From: Perkinsela sp. CCAP 1560/9
Taxonomy: Eukaryota > Protista > Euglenozoa: Kinetoplastea
Assembly: GCA_965644495.1 (NCBI GenBank)
Contig: CBFFSA010000001.1
Location: forward strand, 3,720,001-3,784,000
Length of the DNA stretch: 64,000 bases
Direction: 5' to 3'
How positions within the stretch are numbered: the first letter of the stretch is position 1; every line of letters begins with the position of its first letter. A model generated the notes under the pieces. That model ran no database searches and was not told where the DNA came from. It worked only from the letters and a program-made list of their open reading frames with translations. Made by a program: the position numbers and the translations under genes. Shown in pieces: positions 54,298-64,000 of the stretch.

Positions 54298-54690
54298 ATG
54301 CTATTGTCCAGAATTTGTTTGCCACCGACACTCTCCAGGTCGCAAACTGTGCGAAATCATTCATCGAAGGCGTTGCCTTGTGTTCTGTATAGTTCATCCG
54401 TCCGTCAAATTCAAACACGCGATCCAAACTATGAAGATGATCGATGGCTGGAGGCTGAACTTGCAAACAAAGAAATGTCTGCAGAAGAACGCTATGCATT
54501 CTTAAAGCAACGTGAAGTTATTAAGCAAATGATGTCCAAAGTAGCAGATCATGCTAAAGAAAAGGCGAATGCAGAAAATAACGTGTCCAAATCTGAAGTG
54601 GACTTGTCACGCAATGACTTAGAAAAGAAAATTACCGCACTAGAGGCCGAAGTGGCAAGGCTAAAGCTTGAAGAAAAGAAGCCACTATAA
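54298..54690 (+). CDS. IF1: Mitochondrial F1-ATPase inhibitor IF1 (kinetoplastid type)
   Basis: Presequence-like N-terminus, DDRWLEAEL...EERYA...QRE, C-terminal coiled coil. Confidence 0.7.
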   Translation: MLLSRICLPPTLSRSQTVRNHSSKALPCVLYSSSVRQIQTRDPNYEDDRWLEAELANKEMSAEERYAFLKQREVIKQMMSKVADHAKEKANAENNVSKSEVDLSRNDLEKKITALEAEVARLKLEEKKPL

Positions 54691-55238
54691 GCGCAAATAT
54701 TACTTTAAACCTTTACCGCGCTGAAAATTGTTGAAATCGTAATTCTTTAATCCAAATGTGTGGCTCAGCATGGCATACATCATTCTACGGTAACTTTCTA
54801 GTGTCCAAAATAATAATTTTTGCCTTTCCCCTGTATATTTGTAATTTCCTTATTCGTTTCTTTTATAATATGCTTAGTGTTTATTCCTTATTGCGTATTA
54901 TATCGTAAGCGCACATGTAGTATCGCGCACTAGATACATCATGAAATTACTGTCTATAAGTAAATCACCGTAACATTTCATGTTCGAAATATACAGTAGA
55001 TATCCCCAGACGTTTTTATTGATCCGTAAATCATTTGTTTGTTTTTTAGACCTCACCCTTTAAAAAAATATTAGTATTATACTATTTCGTACTATAGGCG
55101 GTTACATTTTTGTTGGGTGTCAGGCGTCACTTTCTTACCATAATGCATTGGCGGCGTGATACGTTCTGTTTGAATACAAAAAATATTCAAAACCGTATTT
55201 TAGAGAGAGCTATTTATTTAATAAGGAAGGACTCTTCC

Positions 55239-55841
55239 ATGAATGGTATTTTCGCGGCTGAATTAGCACCTGCTTGCGCAGCCAAAGTACGCGGCGCTGC
55301 AGTACCGCCGGAGTATAATTTAGTGAGACTCACGCAACGCATCGAAAATCCGAAAGAATCATGGCACACGAATACACCTGGATGTGAGTGGGATTTCGTT
55401 TCCTGTAATGAACAAGGCGATGTGATCAACATTACGTGGATTTTCATTGGCTTACAAGGATCACTTTGTTGGGAGTATTTACCAAAACAACTTATGATTC
55501 TTAGCCTTACGGGAAATCACCTTAAAGGGGAAATACCGCTCTCGGATATGCCTTATGACCTCGAGTTCATAAATATGGGAGAAAATGAGTTTGGCGGCAG
55601 CATCGAGTTACAGCATCTTCCGCCGACCTTGGAATATCTTTATTTGCATGACAATTTATTTGATTGTCAGATTAAGTTTACCTTATTGCCGAAAAGTCTC
55701 CTTGAACTCGTTTTGCACAAAAACGGTAAACTGCGAGGGGAGCTTGATGTTTCATTACTACCGGAGTCCTTAAAGTACAATATGCGCAATACAGGAATCA
55801 CCGCTTTGAACGGCCCTACTCGCCGAGGATTTTCTTTGTAG
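55239..55841 (+). CDS. LRR protein
   Basis: AKVRGAAVPPEYNL motif, CEWDFVSC cap, 4 LRRs. Confidence 0.9.
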   Translation: MNGIFAAELAPACAAKVRGAAVPPEYNLVRLTQRIENPKESWHTNTPGCEWDFVSCNEQGDVINITWIFIGLQGSLCWEYLPKQLMILSLTGNHLKGEIPLSDMPYDLEFINMGENEFGGSIELQHLPPTLEYLYLHDNLFDCQIKFTLLPKSLLELVLHKNGKLRGELDVSLLPESLKYNMRNTGITALNGPTRRGFSL

Positions 55842-55913
55842 CCTGCCTCAATGTCAAATTCTTTTTATGTCAATAAAGGCGCAGACTTCAGATCATATAT
55901 TTTTTATAGTGTA

Positions 55914-56195
55914 CAGGGGGGACATTTGTCTGTGTAATACTAATCTGGAGAACATTAATCTGTGTGATATTAATCTGTGTGATATTAATCTGTGTTAACT
56001 CGAAAATATTTGGTCCGGCAGAAATCTGTGCTAAAAAAACAAAAATGCGCCGCAGGCGAAATTTTCCTGTTTTAGTAAATGTTTTTTTTCTCTTTTCTTG
56101 ATTTTTAATTGTAAAAATGGACAAATTTGTGAAAAAAGATCATAGCCCCGGCATAGAGGGGGGGCGTTTATCCGTGTAAAATCTGTGAGATCATA
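55914..56195. mobile_element. MITE-like remnant with 15-bp subterminal repeats
   Basis: TA-CAGGGGGGAC start, then (ATTAATCTGTGTGAT)n. The right terminus is not clear. Confidence 0.4.
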
Positions 56196-56673
56196 GTACA
56201 TATTTTTATACGCCACATAGTACCTATTTTTATGCACTGTATAGTTCTTTCTATACTATTCAGGTATCATCCTCGATCAGAATAACTTAAGATGATGTTC
56301 CGATAGTTTACAACCGTCCATCCATAGTATTTCTCTCCTGCAAATAACAAACCGTTAGTCGTACAATCTGTTTTTCGGAGCAAAGAACTTCACAAAACAA
56401 CAGATCACTTTCGTCCGTCTTCCTCAAACCTCTCCAATTGCCAAAACTGAACATCGATATTTACATGCAACGGAACATCGCAGAACTCTCGGGATGTAAA
56501 CATGGAACATCACAAACCACCCCTTTGTAAATATTTTTGCAGCAAATCCTTTCACATTCCTAGACTACTCCAACTCTGAGCTTATCCGATCATGTCATCA
56601 TCTCCTTTCACTTTTATTATTCCTACAGTAAGTCCGTGTTGCATCCCTTTCAAAAATCCTTTTGACACATTCT

Positions 56674-57774
56674 CTCGTAACAACGCGAGGTCGTCAGTCC
56701 CGGGTAATAGGGTGGGTGGATCCAATGCAAGTACCGACTGTCATCAACACGATGTCAGTCACTCTCAGACGTCAAGCCATCTCCGTATGGTGAATGCGGA
56801 ATAAACGGATGAGTCTCCCGTGCCACACAAGGTGGTACATGTTCTCGCAACAATGCGAGGTCGTCAGTCCCGGGTAATAGGGTGGGTGGATCCAATGCAA
56901 GTACCGACTGTCATCAACACGATGTCAGTCACTCTCAGACGTCATGCCGTCTCCGTATGGTGAATGCGGAATAAACGGATGAGTCTCCCGTGCCACACAA
57001 GGTGGTGCGTGTTCTCGCAACAACGCGAGGTCGTCAGTCCCGGGTAATAGGGTGGGTGGATCCAATGCAAGTACCGACTGTCATCAACACGATGTCAGTC
57101 ACTCTCAGACGTCAAGTCGTCTCCGTATGCTAAATGCGGAATAAACGGATGAGTCTCCCGTGCCACACAAGGTGGTGCATGTTCTCGCAACAACGCGAGG
57201 TCGTCAGTTCCGAGTAATAGGGTGGGTGGATCCAATGCAAGTACCGACTGTCATCAACACGATGTCAGTCACTCTCAGACGTCATGCCGTCTCCGTATGG
57301 TGAATGCGGAATAAACGGATGAGTCTCCCGTGCCACACAAGGTGGTGCGTGTTCTCGCAACAACGCGAGGTCGTCAGTCCCGGGTAATAGGGTGGGTGGA
57401 TCCAATGCAAGTACCGACTGTCATCAACACGATGTCAGTCACTCTCAGACGTCAAGTCGTCTCCGTATGCTAAATGCGGAATAAACGGATGAGTCTCCCG
57501 TGCCACACAAGGTGGTGCATGTTCTCGCAACAACGCGAGGTCGTCAGTTCCGAGTAATAGGGTGGGTGGATCCAATGCAAGTACCGACTGTCATCAACAC
57601 GATGTCAGTCACTCTCAGACGTCATGCCGTCTCCGTATGGTGAATGCGGAATAAACGTATGAGTCTCCCGTGCCACGCAAGGTGGTGCGTGTTCTCGCAA
57701 CAACGCAAGGTCGTCAGTCCCGGGTAATAGGGTGGGTGGATCCAATGCAAGTACCGACTGTCATCAACACGATG
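56674..57774. repeat. 170-bp tandem array, ~6.5 units, hairpin-rich
   Basis: GGATCC recurs at 56718, 56888, 57058, 57228, 57398, 57568 and 57738. Confidence 0.97.
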
Positions 57775-57776
57775 AT

Positions 57777-60187
57777 GTTTCTGTACCTTGTATTTGTTTT
57801 CTTAAACTGTATCAACAACATGTCCGTTAATCTCACTTCCCCGCGGAATGTTGACAATGCGTTGCCGGACCTCCCTCGAGCTTCCGCTGCGTACAGACGC
57901 AAACACTGCATTTCGTCCACAGCAGATCTCGACCCGTTAAGATACGACTTCTCACTGATCTGCGCTGGACATATTTCCCCGACATTAAGGCTGTCAGCCA
58001 ATGGTCCATAGTTAGAGAAAGAATCCCATCCGGGCAAGGTGCGGAAATAGCGATTACAAAACTATTAAATAAGCATCAGCACACGCCCTGGTAGCTGAAC
58101 ACGCCAGGTCACGAGGAAAGAACACCCCCACACCACCTCCCTGCACCCAAACTGGGTTTCGATGCATGCAGATCCGACCCTGAACCTAGGAAAGACGTAT
58201 TCCACCCCAAGCACGCTCAATAAAGCAGCCGTGAAGGCCTTATAGGGTAGAGAAATATGTGGATTGAAACACATAACAATAGAGCTCATAAGACAGAAGG
58301 AAAGATCACCAAGCGCTGAACCAACGGGATACGAAAAACCAAGCAGGACAGAAGAATCTCCGCACAAAATCGCTGCTCCACGAACGTCCCTGAAAGGTAA
58401 ACCTGATGAATACAAAGGACCATGCAAACACCGCTGCTTGAGAAAACTCTCCTGTGTGCACAAGTGCTGCAAAATACGTATACAGGGGTGAAAACTGCCA
58501 TCTGGGGGGGTCTAAAATTAGCAAAAACTTTTCAATTTCGGAAAATAATACCGCATTCGAGAGCTCTCGCAGAGTTGTATGTCTTTGCACTGGTAGCTGC
58601 TGACATATCAAATTAGAACTCCAAATACCGAATAGGCCAAAAAAGCAAATTGTCACTTAAAGAATAATAAAAAATCTCAGATATTTTTAGGAGGCATTAT
58701 TTTAAAACCCGTGTTGCATCCACAACATGCACCCTTCTTTTCTACGATGATTCTACAACGTATTCCGAAGTTTTTAAACTTATTATCAAACTTATCTTTG
58801 TCTTTTGCCTGAAGTTTATCGTAAAAAACATGAATCGTTCCACCCAGAGTTTCACAGTTCCCTAGTGGACCCAAACACTTTGGTAAGTCCGGGAATAAGA
58901 CTGTATTTTCTCGAAGTCGGCCACAAGAAGTAATCTTTGGTGTTCTTTAATCTTTCCTGGCAAAGTATAAGAACGGGCGTTCGAAACACCATGAGAATTC
59001 CTTGAGCGAACTCGCTTTTGGGGCGTAAAATGGGGCAAAAATGAAAAATTGCCATATTTTCACAAGAAAAAAAACATGTTTTTTTCTCATCGGGTTAAAT
59101 CTTTCAAGCCGAGCGTTCCGAATACGCCAAAGACATACAACTCTGCGAGATCTCTCCAATGCGCTATTATTTTCCAAAATTGGACAATTTTTACAAAATT
59201 TAGACCCCCCCCCAGATGGAAGTTTTCACCCCTGTACTTGTATGTACCGTTGCCAAGTGTGGACGCTCAGGACAACTTATCAACGAGAGCACCACCACCT
59301 GATGTCCAAGCAGGAACCGCAAACCCCACCATCCTCGGGTCATGTGAGAAGGAAGAGGAAGAAAGAGGAAGAAATCAATCTTGATCTTTCAAGATTAGAT
59401 TCACAAGAAGAATCAGAGATCCTCTTTCTTCCTCTTTCTTCCTCTTTCAAGACTAGATTCTTTCAGAATCTTGATCTCCTCATCATGTGCCACCCTCTGG
59501 CGCGACTCCTAGAAATGCAACACTTCACTCACTGAACACCGCACGAGTAGAACCATGCCGTCACCGATGCTCCGCCAAGTTATGCTGTCTGCACAACTGT
59601 TGCAAAATATATGGACCACTCAGGTGCAATGAACCCCTCGTCCGACCTTCTCCTCTCCCCCCTGTTTCGCACACTACGGAAGGTCGAGTTCCATCGTGGG
59701 ATGAAACAAACGAAAAGGAACGCCTTCGTCTGCTTGAACAACACAAATCCATAGCAGGAGGGAAAATGTGTCTAAAGCTTAACGACGACCAATGGAAAGC
59801 CGTCGAAAATAAGGCATACGATGCATGCCGAAGAATACTACATCCCATAGTAGACACCCCGGAAATCGCCGTCAAAAACGCAGAACTCTTGGGGGTCCTC
59901 TATGGCGGTGGCGGTCTATGAAATTGCACATGAAATAAATCCCACCAAAGGTTTCCTCACACGATCGAATCGCGGACACGCCCGATTTAAGCACCGACCT
60001 CTTTCCTCTGAAAATGCAGCTCATCAAATGGCAAAACACATACGCAGCCAAAAGAAATCACTACGCTACACGCACGGAACGGACCGCCAAGAGCTCCGTC
60101 GCTGCATTAAGGAAAGCGAGAAACTAGAGAAAGTATACTCAGAAGAGGCCAAAGCTCATAAAACACAGCTAGAGAGGCATTGGGCCC
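57777..60187 (+). mobile_element. Decayed, 3'-truncated relative of the RLE retrotransposon, SL-fragment-headed
   Basis: Starts GTTTCTGTACCTTGT, ATG at 57820. Homologous blocks: DLPRAS, PCKHRC..CVHKCCK, PCRHRC..CLHNCCK, IAGG...LNDDQW, YEIAHEINPTKGF, LERHWA. Contains stops and frameshifts. Confidence 0.85.
58483..59234. mobile_element. Complete 752-bp non-autonomous Tc1/mariner-type element (CAGGGGTG family)
   Basis: ~105-bp imperfect TIRs, TA duplication (58481-82, 59235-36); inserted into the decayed retroelement. Confidence 0.92.
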
Positions 60188-60201
60188 ATAGTCATAGTCT
60201 A

Positions 60202-60233
60202 ACTAGTATTTTAGTACGTACTAAAATACTAGT
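60202..60233. repeat. Perfect 32-bp palindrome
   Basis: ACTAGTATTTTAGTACGTACTAAAATACTAGT. Confidence 0.95.
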
Positions 60234-61074
60234 AATCGACTAGTACGTACTATGAGATACTACTTTTTTGGAATGGAAGGATTTTTTTTCTCAGGTATTG
60301 CGGCACTCCTATAAAAAATCGTTACTTTTGATCGAAACAGACGAGACAACCTATTTTGCATGGGCATAGTACAGTATAGAGAACTTTTGCGAGTATTTTC
60401 ACGGTCGACGTGGAGCTCTGCTTTTAGAGAGGGATGGGGATAACTTAAAGAGGAATGATAACTGCTGCTCGAGAATTGCTGATGGGGGATTATAACTGCT
60501 GATGATGAGGAACCATCGCAAGGTTGCGGGTGTTAAGAATAAGAAGCTGAGATACACAAGGGGTCATAAGAGGCACCATGAAAATAGTATTTCATAGAGG
60601 CGAAAAGAAAATTTTTGTAATACGAATAATAAAACTATGTGAAAAGTTTTACAAAAAAAATAGAAAGGGGGAATGACGTGTGAATCGTGCCAGTACCTCA
60701 TTGGTATGCGCGTATATATTACTTCCTCGTATATTCTACGTATATTGCTTTGATATACGTTGATGTATATGACGAACAAACGAATCAGGAAAACCATTGT
60801 TACCCGGATGGTGGTAAGATACGCCACCTAAAAGAAAAAATCGCCCAGCGGAGTAAACTACATTTCGGAGTAAACTACAATTACAAAACTACAATACAAA
60901 AAGAAACTACATTTCTACCAAATTGTATCAGGAACATCATTTTTAAGCTCACAATTTGATTAATTAAAAATAATTCGAACTGATATTAAAAAACTTAATA
61001 AATTTGCTCTGATATTAATTCAATTTGAGCCATACTTCTGCGCCACATTAATTATTTGTTTTATGATTTGTCAC

Positions 61075-63700
61075 TCTTCTTTCGAGAACTGCTCGCCCGG
61101 TAAGGTAAAGATCCTTCGTTTCCACGTAAAAACATTTGGGCCGCCACCACGTCTGTCCGGATACGAGCTTGACGGGAAGTGTACTTCCAGGAAAGCACAG
61201 AAAGAACTGAGTCGCACGCCGTTACGAGAGGGGGAGCCATAAATAATGCTGTGCCGCTTCATGAATCGTGGAGAAACGCTTGGACCCAACTTCGTGCCAC
61301 CACTGAACATCGCTCATACCACAAGTCCACTCGTAATCTTGGCAAGTCGTATATGCGTCCCACTCCTCTCGAGTAAAATCAAAAATGTAGGTGTTCCCGT
61401 TCCTAGTAAGTCGTTGGCCCGCTGAATTGATAATGGCTCTTTGCCACGAGGTCGGGCGGATAAAACTATCCACTCCGGAGAAAACCACATAATACCGGCC
61501 CAAATTTTTACATCGTATTCAGAAGCCACTCGTTTGACATGTTTGTTCACGGATTCCACTACTTTCGGCTCCGAAGAGTCTACTAGCTGACGCAAGGTTG
61601 GGTACACTAGGGCAGCCATAGGCTGATCATGCATGTCGGAAAAATTTTCCTGTGCGATGCGTAATGGCATGCACTCGTTTAGGAAATCTTTTGCTGCCTT
61701 CATTAGATCATTCAAAGGATGTTTGGCAAATATTTCAGCGAGGTCGTGAACAGATTGGGGAGCTCGGAGACCTTCTAGTTCACTCTTAATAAAGGATGCG
61801 ACAGTGGGCATCTGCTCTGATAGGAACTTTATACTCTCAAACTTGTCGGAGATCCAGCGTGTGACCCCACCGTGTTTGGGAGACGTCACAGCCCGTACTT
61901 TGTGGAAGTGAGCAATAGATTGTTTGAGCAATGTTTTCCCGGTCCGTGCTTCCTATAGGACGAATGCGTGAATATATTTCTTCTTCTGCAGAAACAAGGG
62001 AGTCGTGGATATTTGCCATGCTAGACTCTATTTCACGTCTTGCGACGTTGTTTACGGGAGCCCCATCCGCCATTATAAACCCCCGCTCACGAAAAGTGAC
62101 CCCCCTCTTTTTTTTCGTACAAATGTCCGTTTGAGCTGTTTTTTGTTGCATTTTGCAGATCTCAACACAAGGACTTTGCGCGTGCAGAAATGAGACAAAA
62201 AGAAACGAATACTCACAATTTAGAGAAGAATTACCATTTTGTCACTTTTTCGCCCTTCAATCTTATACACTCCTTAAGTCGAGAATCAAAACTTAATACT
62301 GTTTTGTCGATCACTTTTTGAGTTAAAGAAGACCATGCTTTACATACACATCGGATAAGTGAAGGTTTGTCCGATGGGGTTTGTTCGTCTACCGCCTCTT
62401 GGACCATAGACCAGACGTTTTCTATGGGGGAAAGGTCGGGCGAGTTGGGGGGCCAGTTTCTTAGAACATCACTCATTCAATTCTCAATATACTCTTTGGA
62501 GGCACGGGCAGTATGTGCCGTTGCCCCATCCTGTTGAAATACACTATTAGGGGGGAAATCTACCTGTTTTAATGTTTCTATGTACGTCTCACTTGTAATA
62601 GATGTGTCATTGTAGATGTCTCACTTGTAATAGATGGTCACAGGACTCAAAGTGTATTCCCCGCTAGATTTTTTTTCGTTCAGATATTTTTTGATTATCC
62701 TTCTAGAGACGTTAAAATCACGGGATAATTGTTTTATCGGAACACCTTCTGCCTGTCTCATCTTCAAAAGAACCTTACCACTATCCGTAAGCCCCCCTTT
62801 TGGGAGCCGATATGGTGATTTGGTAATTTTTGGAAAAAAAAGTTGAAAAACCAATTAAGTTTTTTGACTAAATTTTAAAATTTTAAAATGAGCTAAAAAC
62901 AGCGGGAACGTACAGATCTCGAAATTTTGAACGAAAAAGTGATATGATAACCCACCGACGCCCCCCTGTGCTAAAAATAAGGGGGGGTCACTTATTCGTG
63001 AGCGGGGGTTTATATCGAAGTTTGCAAAGACGAGCATCCGATAGGCAAGAGCGAAGAACTTCCATCGAGGATTGCGCCATTTCAACTCCATTGAATGACT
63101 TGTGTTTCGGATGGTAAATCGGAGGGAGAAGGAAGTTCCGGTCCACGACGTACAAGATTGCGATAAGTACGTGTTCATTTAAAACTTTGTCAACCCCCCC
63201 CGTCTACCGCCAACCCAAAGAATTTCGCTCCGTCAATGCTGCGCCGAATATCATCCCAAATCATATCGGCAATCCGACGCTCGCTAAGGTGAAACTCGCG
63301 AGGAGAAGGAAGAATGCAAGCAACTTCTGAAGGTGAGACATCAGCAGGGAACTCCTCAAACAGGAGTCGAACACAACCCAGGAACCCCTCGGTAGATAGA
63401 TTACTTTGTGCGGCAAAACATGGAAGGGCTTCGGAGATATACTCTTCTAAAGACTTTGGGTTCGTTGTCTCCGCAGAGTCTTCACTCAAGTCTTAAGATT
63501 TCGAGCAGCACTCCTTGTAGTGCTTGTAACACACATTTTCTCCCTTGCTGTGGGACAACCAGCCTCAAAGATTACATCGAATGTGCTGTGTGTGTCCCAT
63601 CGCATCGTTTCGGATGCCGGGGACGCTTTTGCGTGCCCAATCAAGGCACAACCGTTCCGAACTTAGGTTACACCTCTCGTACACCAAATGTCGTTGGCGA
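61075..63700 (-). pseudogene. hAT-like transposase relic, interrupted by a Tc1-like element
   Basis: Fragments in hAT order: degenerate N-terminal zinc finger, FFGLAVDGG, YIMADGAPVN, GVTRWIS, VYPTLRQL, and a C-terminal PLVTACDSVLS...RIRTDVVAAQMFLRGN dimerisation-like motif. Multiple frameshifts. Confidence 0.7.
62078..63010 (-). mobile_element. Internally deleted Tc1-like (DD35E) element
   Basis: TIRs AACCCCCGCTCACGAA(T)AAGTGACCCCCC, TA TSD. Contains an HTH fragment and FQQDGATAH...SPDLSPIE with 35 codons between D and E (one is a stop). Removing it restores LRYIMADG in the hAT frame. Confidence 0.85.
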
Positions 63701-64000
63701 CGAAGGCTCGCACAGGACTATGATTTTTAGCAGAGGCCCGTCGGCGCGTGTTTTCCGGAACGGGTGTGGAAACGTGTTCCGCTGTGTTATCTCTCATATG
63801 AAGGGAAAGTCGTGTTTAATAAAATGCAATATTCTAAGTAGACAAGAATGATATGATTTGTATACCACTGTAACCCAAAGATTAAATTAAATCAGCGTAT
63901 TATACAAAGCAAAAAGATTGGGGCAACTACGGCGAAACTTATTTTCCAAGAATATGCACTCACCAAAGTTGTGGATTTTCAATGTCAGTGCAACAATTTG

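Noticed and set aside
12159-55238. Upstream TTG/GTG starts in the ORF track
   Set aside because: Eukaryotic genes; these extensions run through pyrimidine-rich splice-acceptor regions, so a downstream ATG was used instead.
56690-56750. C/D snoRNA on the minus strand of the 170-bp unit (TGATGA...CTGA)
   Set aside because: Only ~53 nt between boxes, antisense to the gene array, and no recognisable rRNA complement.
56674-57774. CRISPR array, SL RNA array, 5S rDNA or canonical hammerhead
   Set aside because: No unique spacers, no SL exon and no 5S similarity. The minus strand has CTGACGA plus a stem, but it is followed by GAAC with a mismatched stem II base and no clear stems I/III.

Overview
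Eukaryotic, intron-less window in which every recognisable host gene lies on the + strand, i.e. one polycistronic-style gene array. Together with a bifunctional DHFR-TS, a kinetoplastid-type IF1 and three fragments of the kinetoplastid spliced-leader (SL) mini-exon, this points to a kinetoplastid. The dispersed 22-aa LRR family suggests a Perkinsela-like lineage (inference, not proven). Housekeeping genes are APC2, mitochondrial carriers, NOC4, ORC1/CDC6-like, signal peptide peptidase, LSm8, SRP14-like, SPT5, NTF2, DHFR-TS, LC8 and IF1. They are interleaved with 16 LRR loci (12 intact) and many mobile elements: Tc1 DD34E x2, a DD35E relic, an hAT relic and several TA-flanked MITEs. The most striking system is a set of SL-headed retroelements. 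(1) An intact 5-kb RLE-type non-LTR retrotransposon (22174-27230) begins with SL nt ~10-39, carries four Mer3/HFM1-like C-x-H-x-C..C-x-H-x-CC zinc fingers, ends in (TAAA)n and splits an LRR gene. (2) A decayed relative (57777-60187) also begins with an SL fragment and is fused to a 170-bp structured tandem array. (3) A non-coding, hairpin-rich, antisense ~660-bp element (31679-32344) is also SL-headed. A second window-wide signal is a series of GC-rich islands that always flip from C-rich to G-rich at their centre. No searches or folding programs were run; all calls are by eye.
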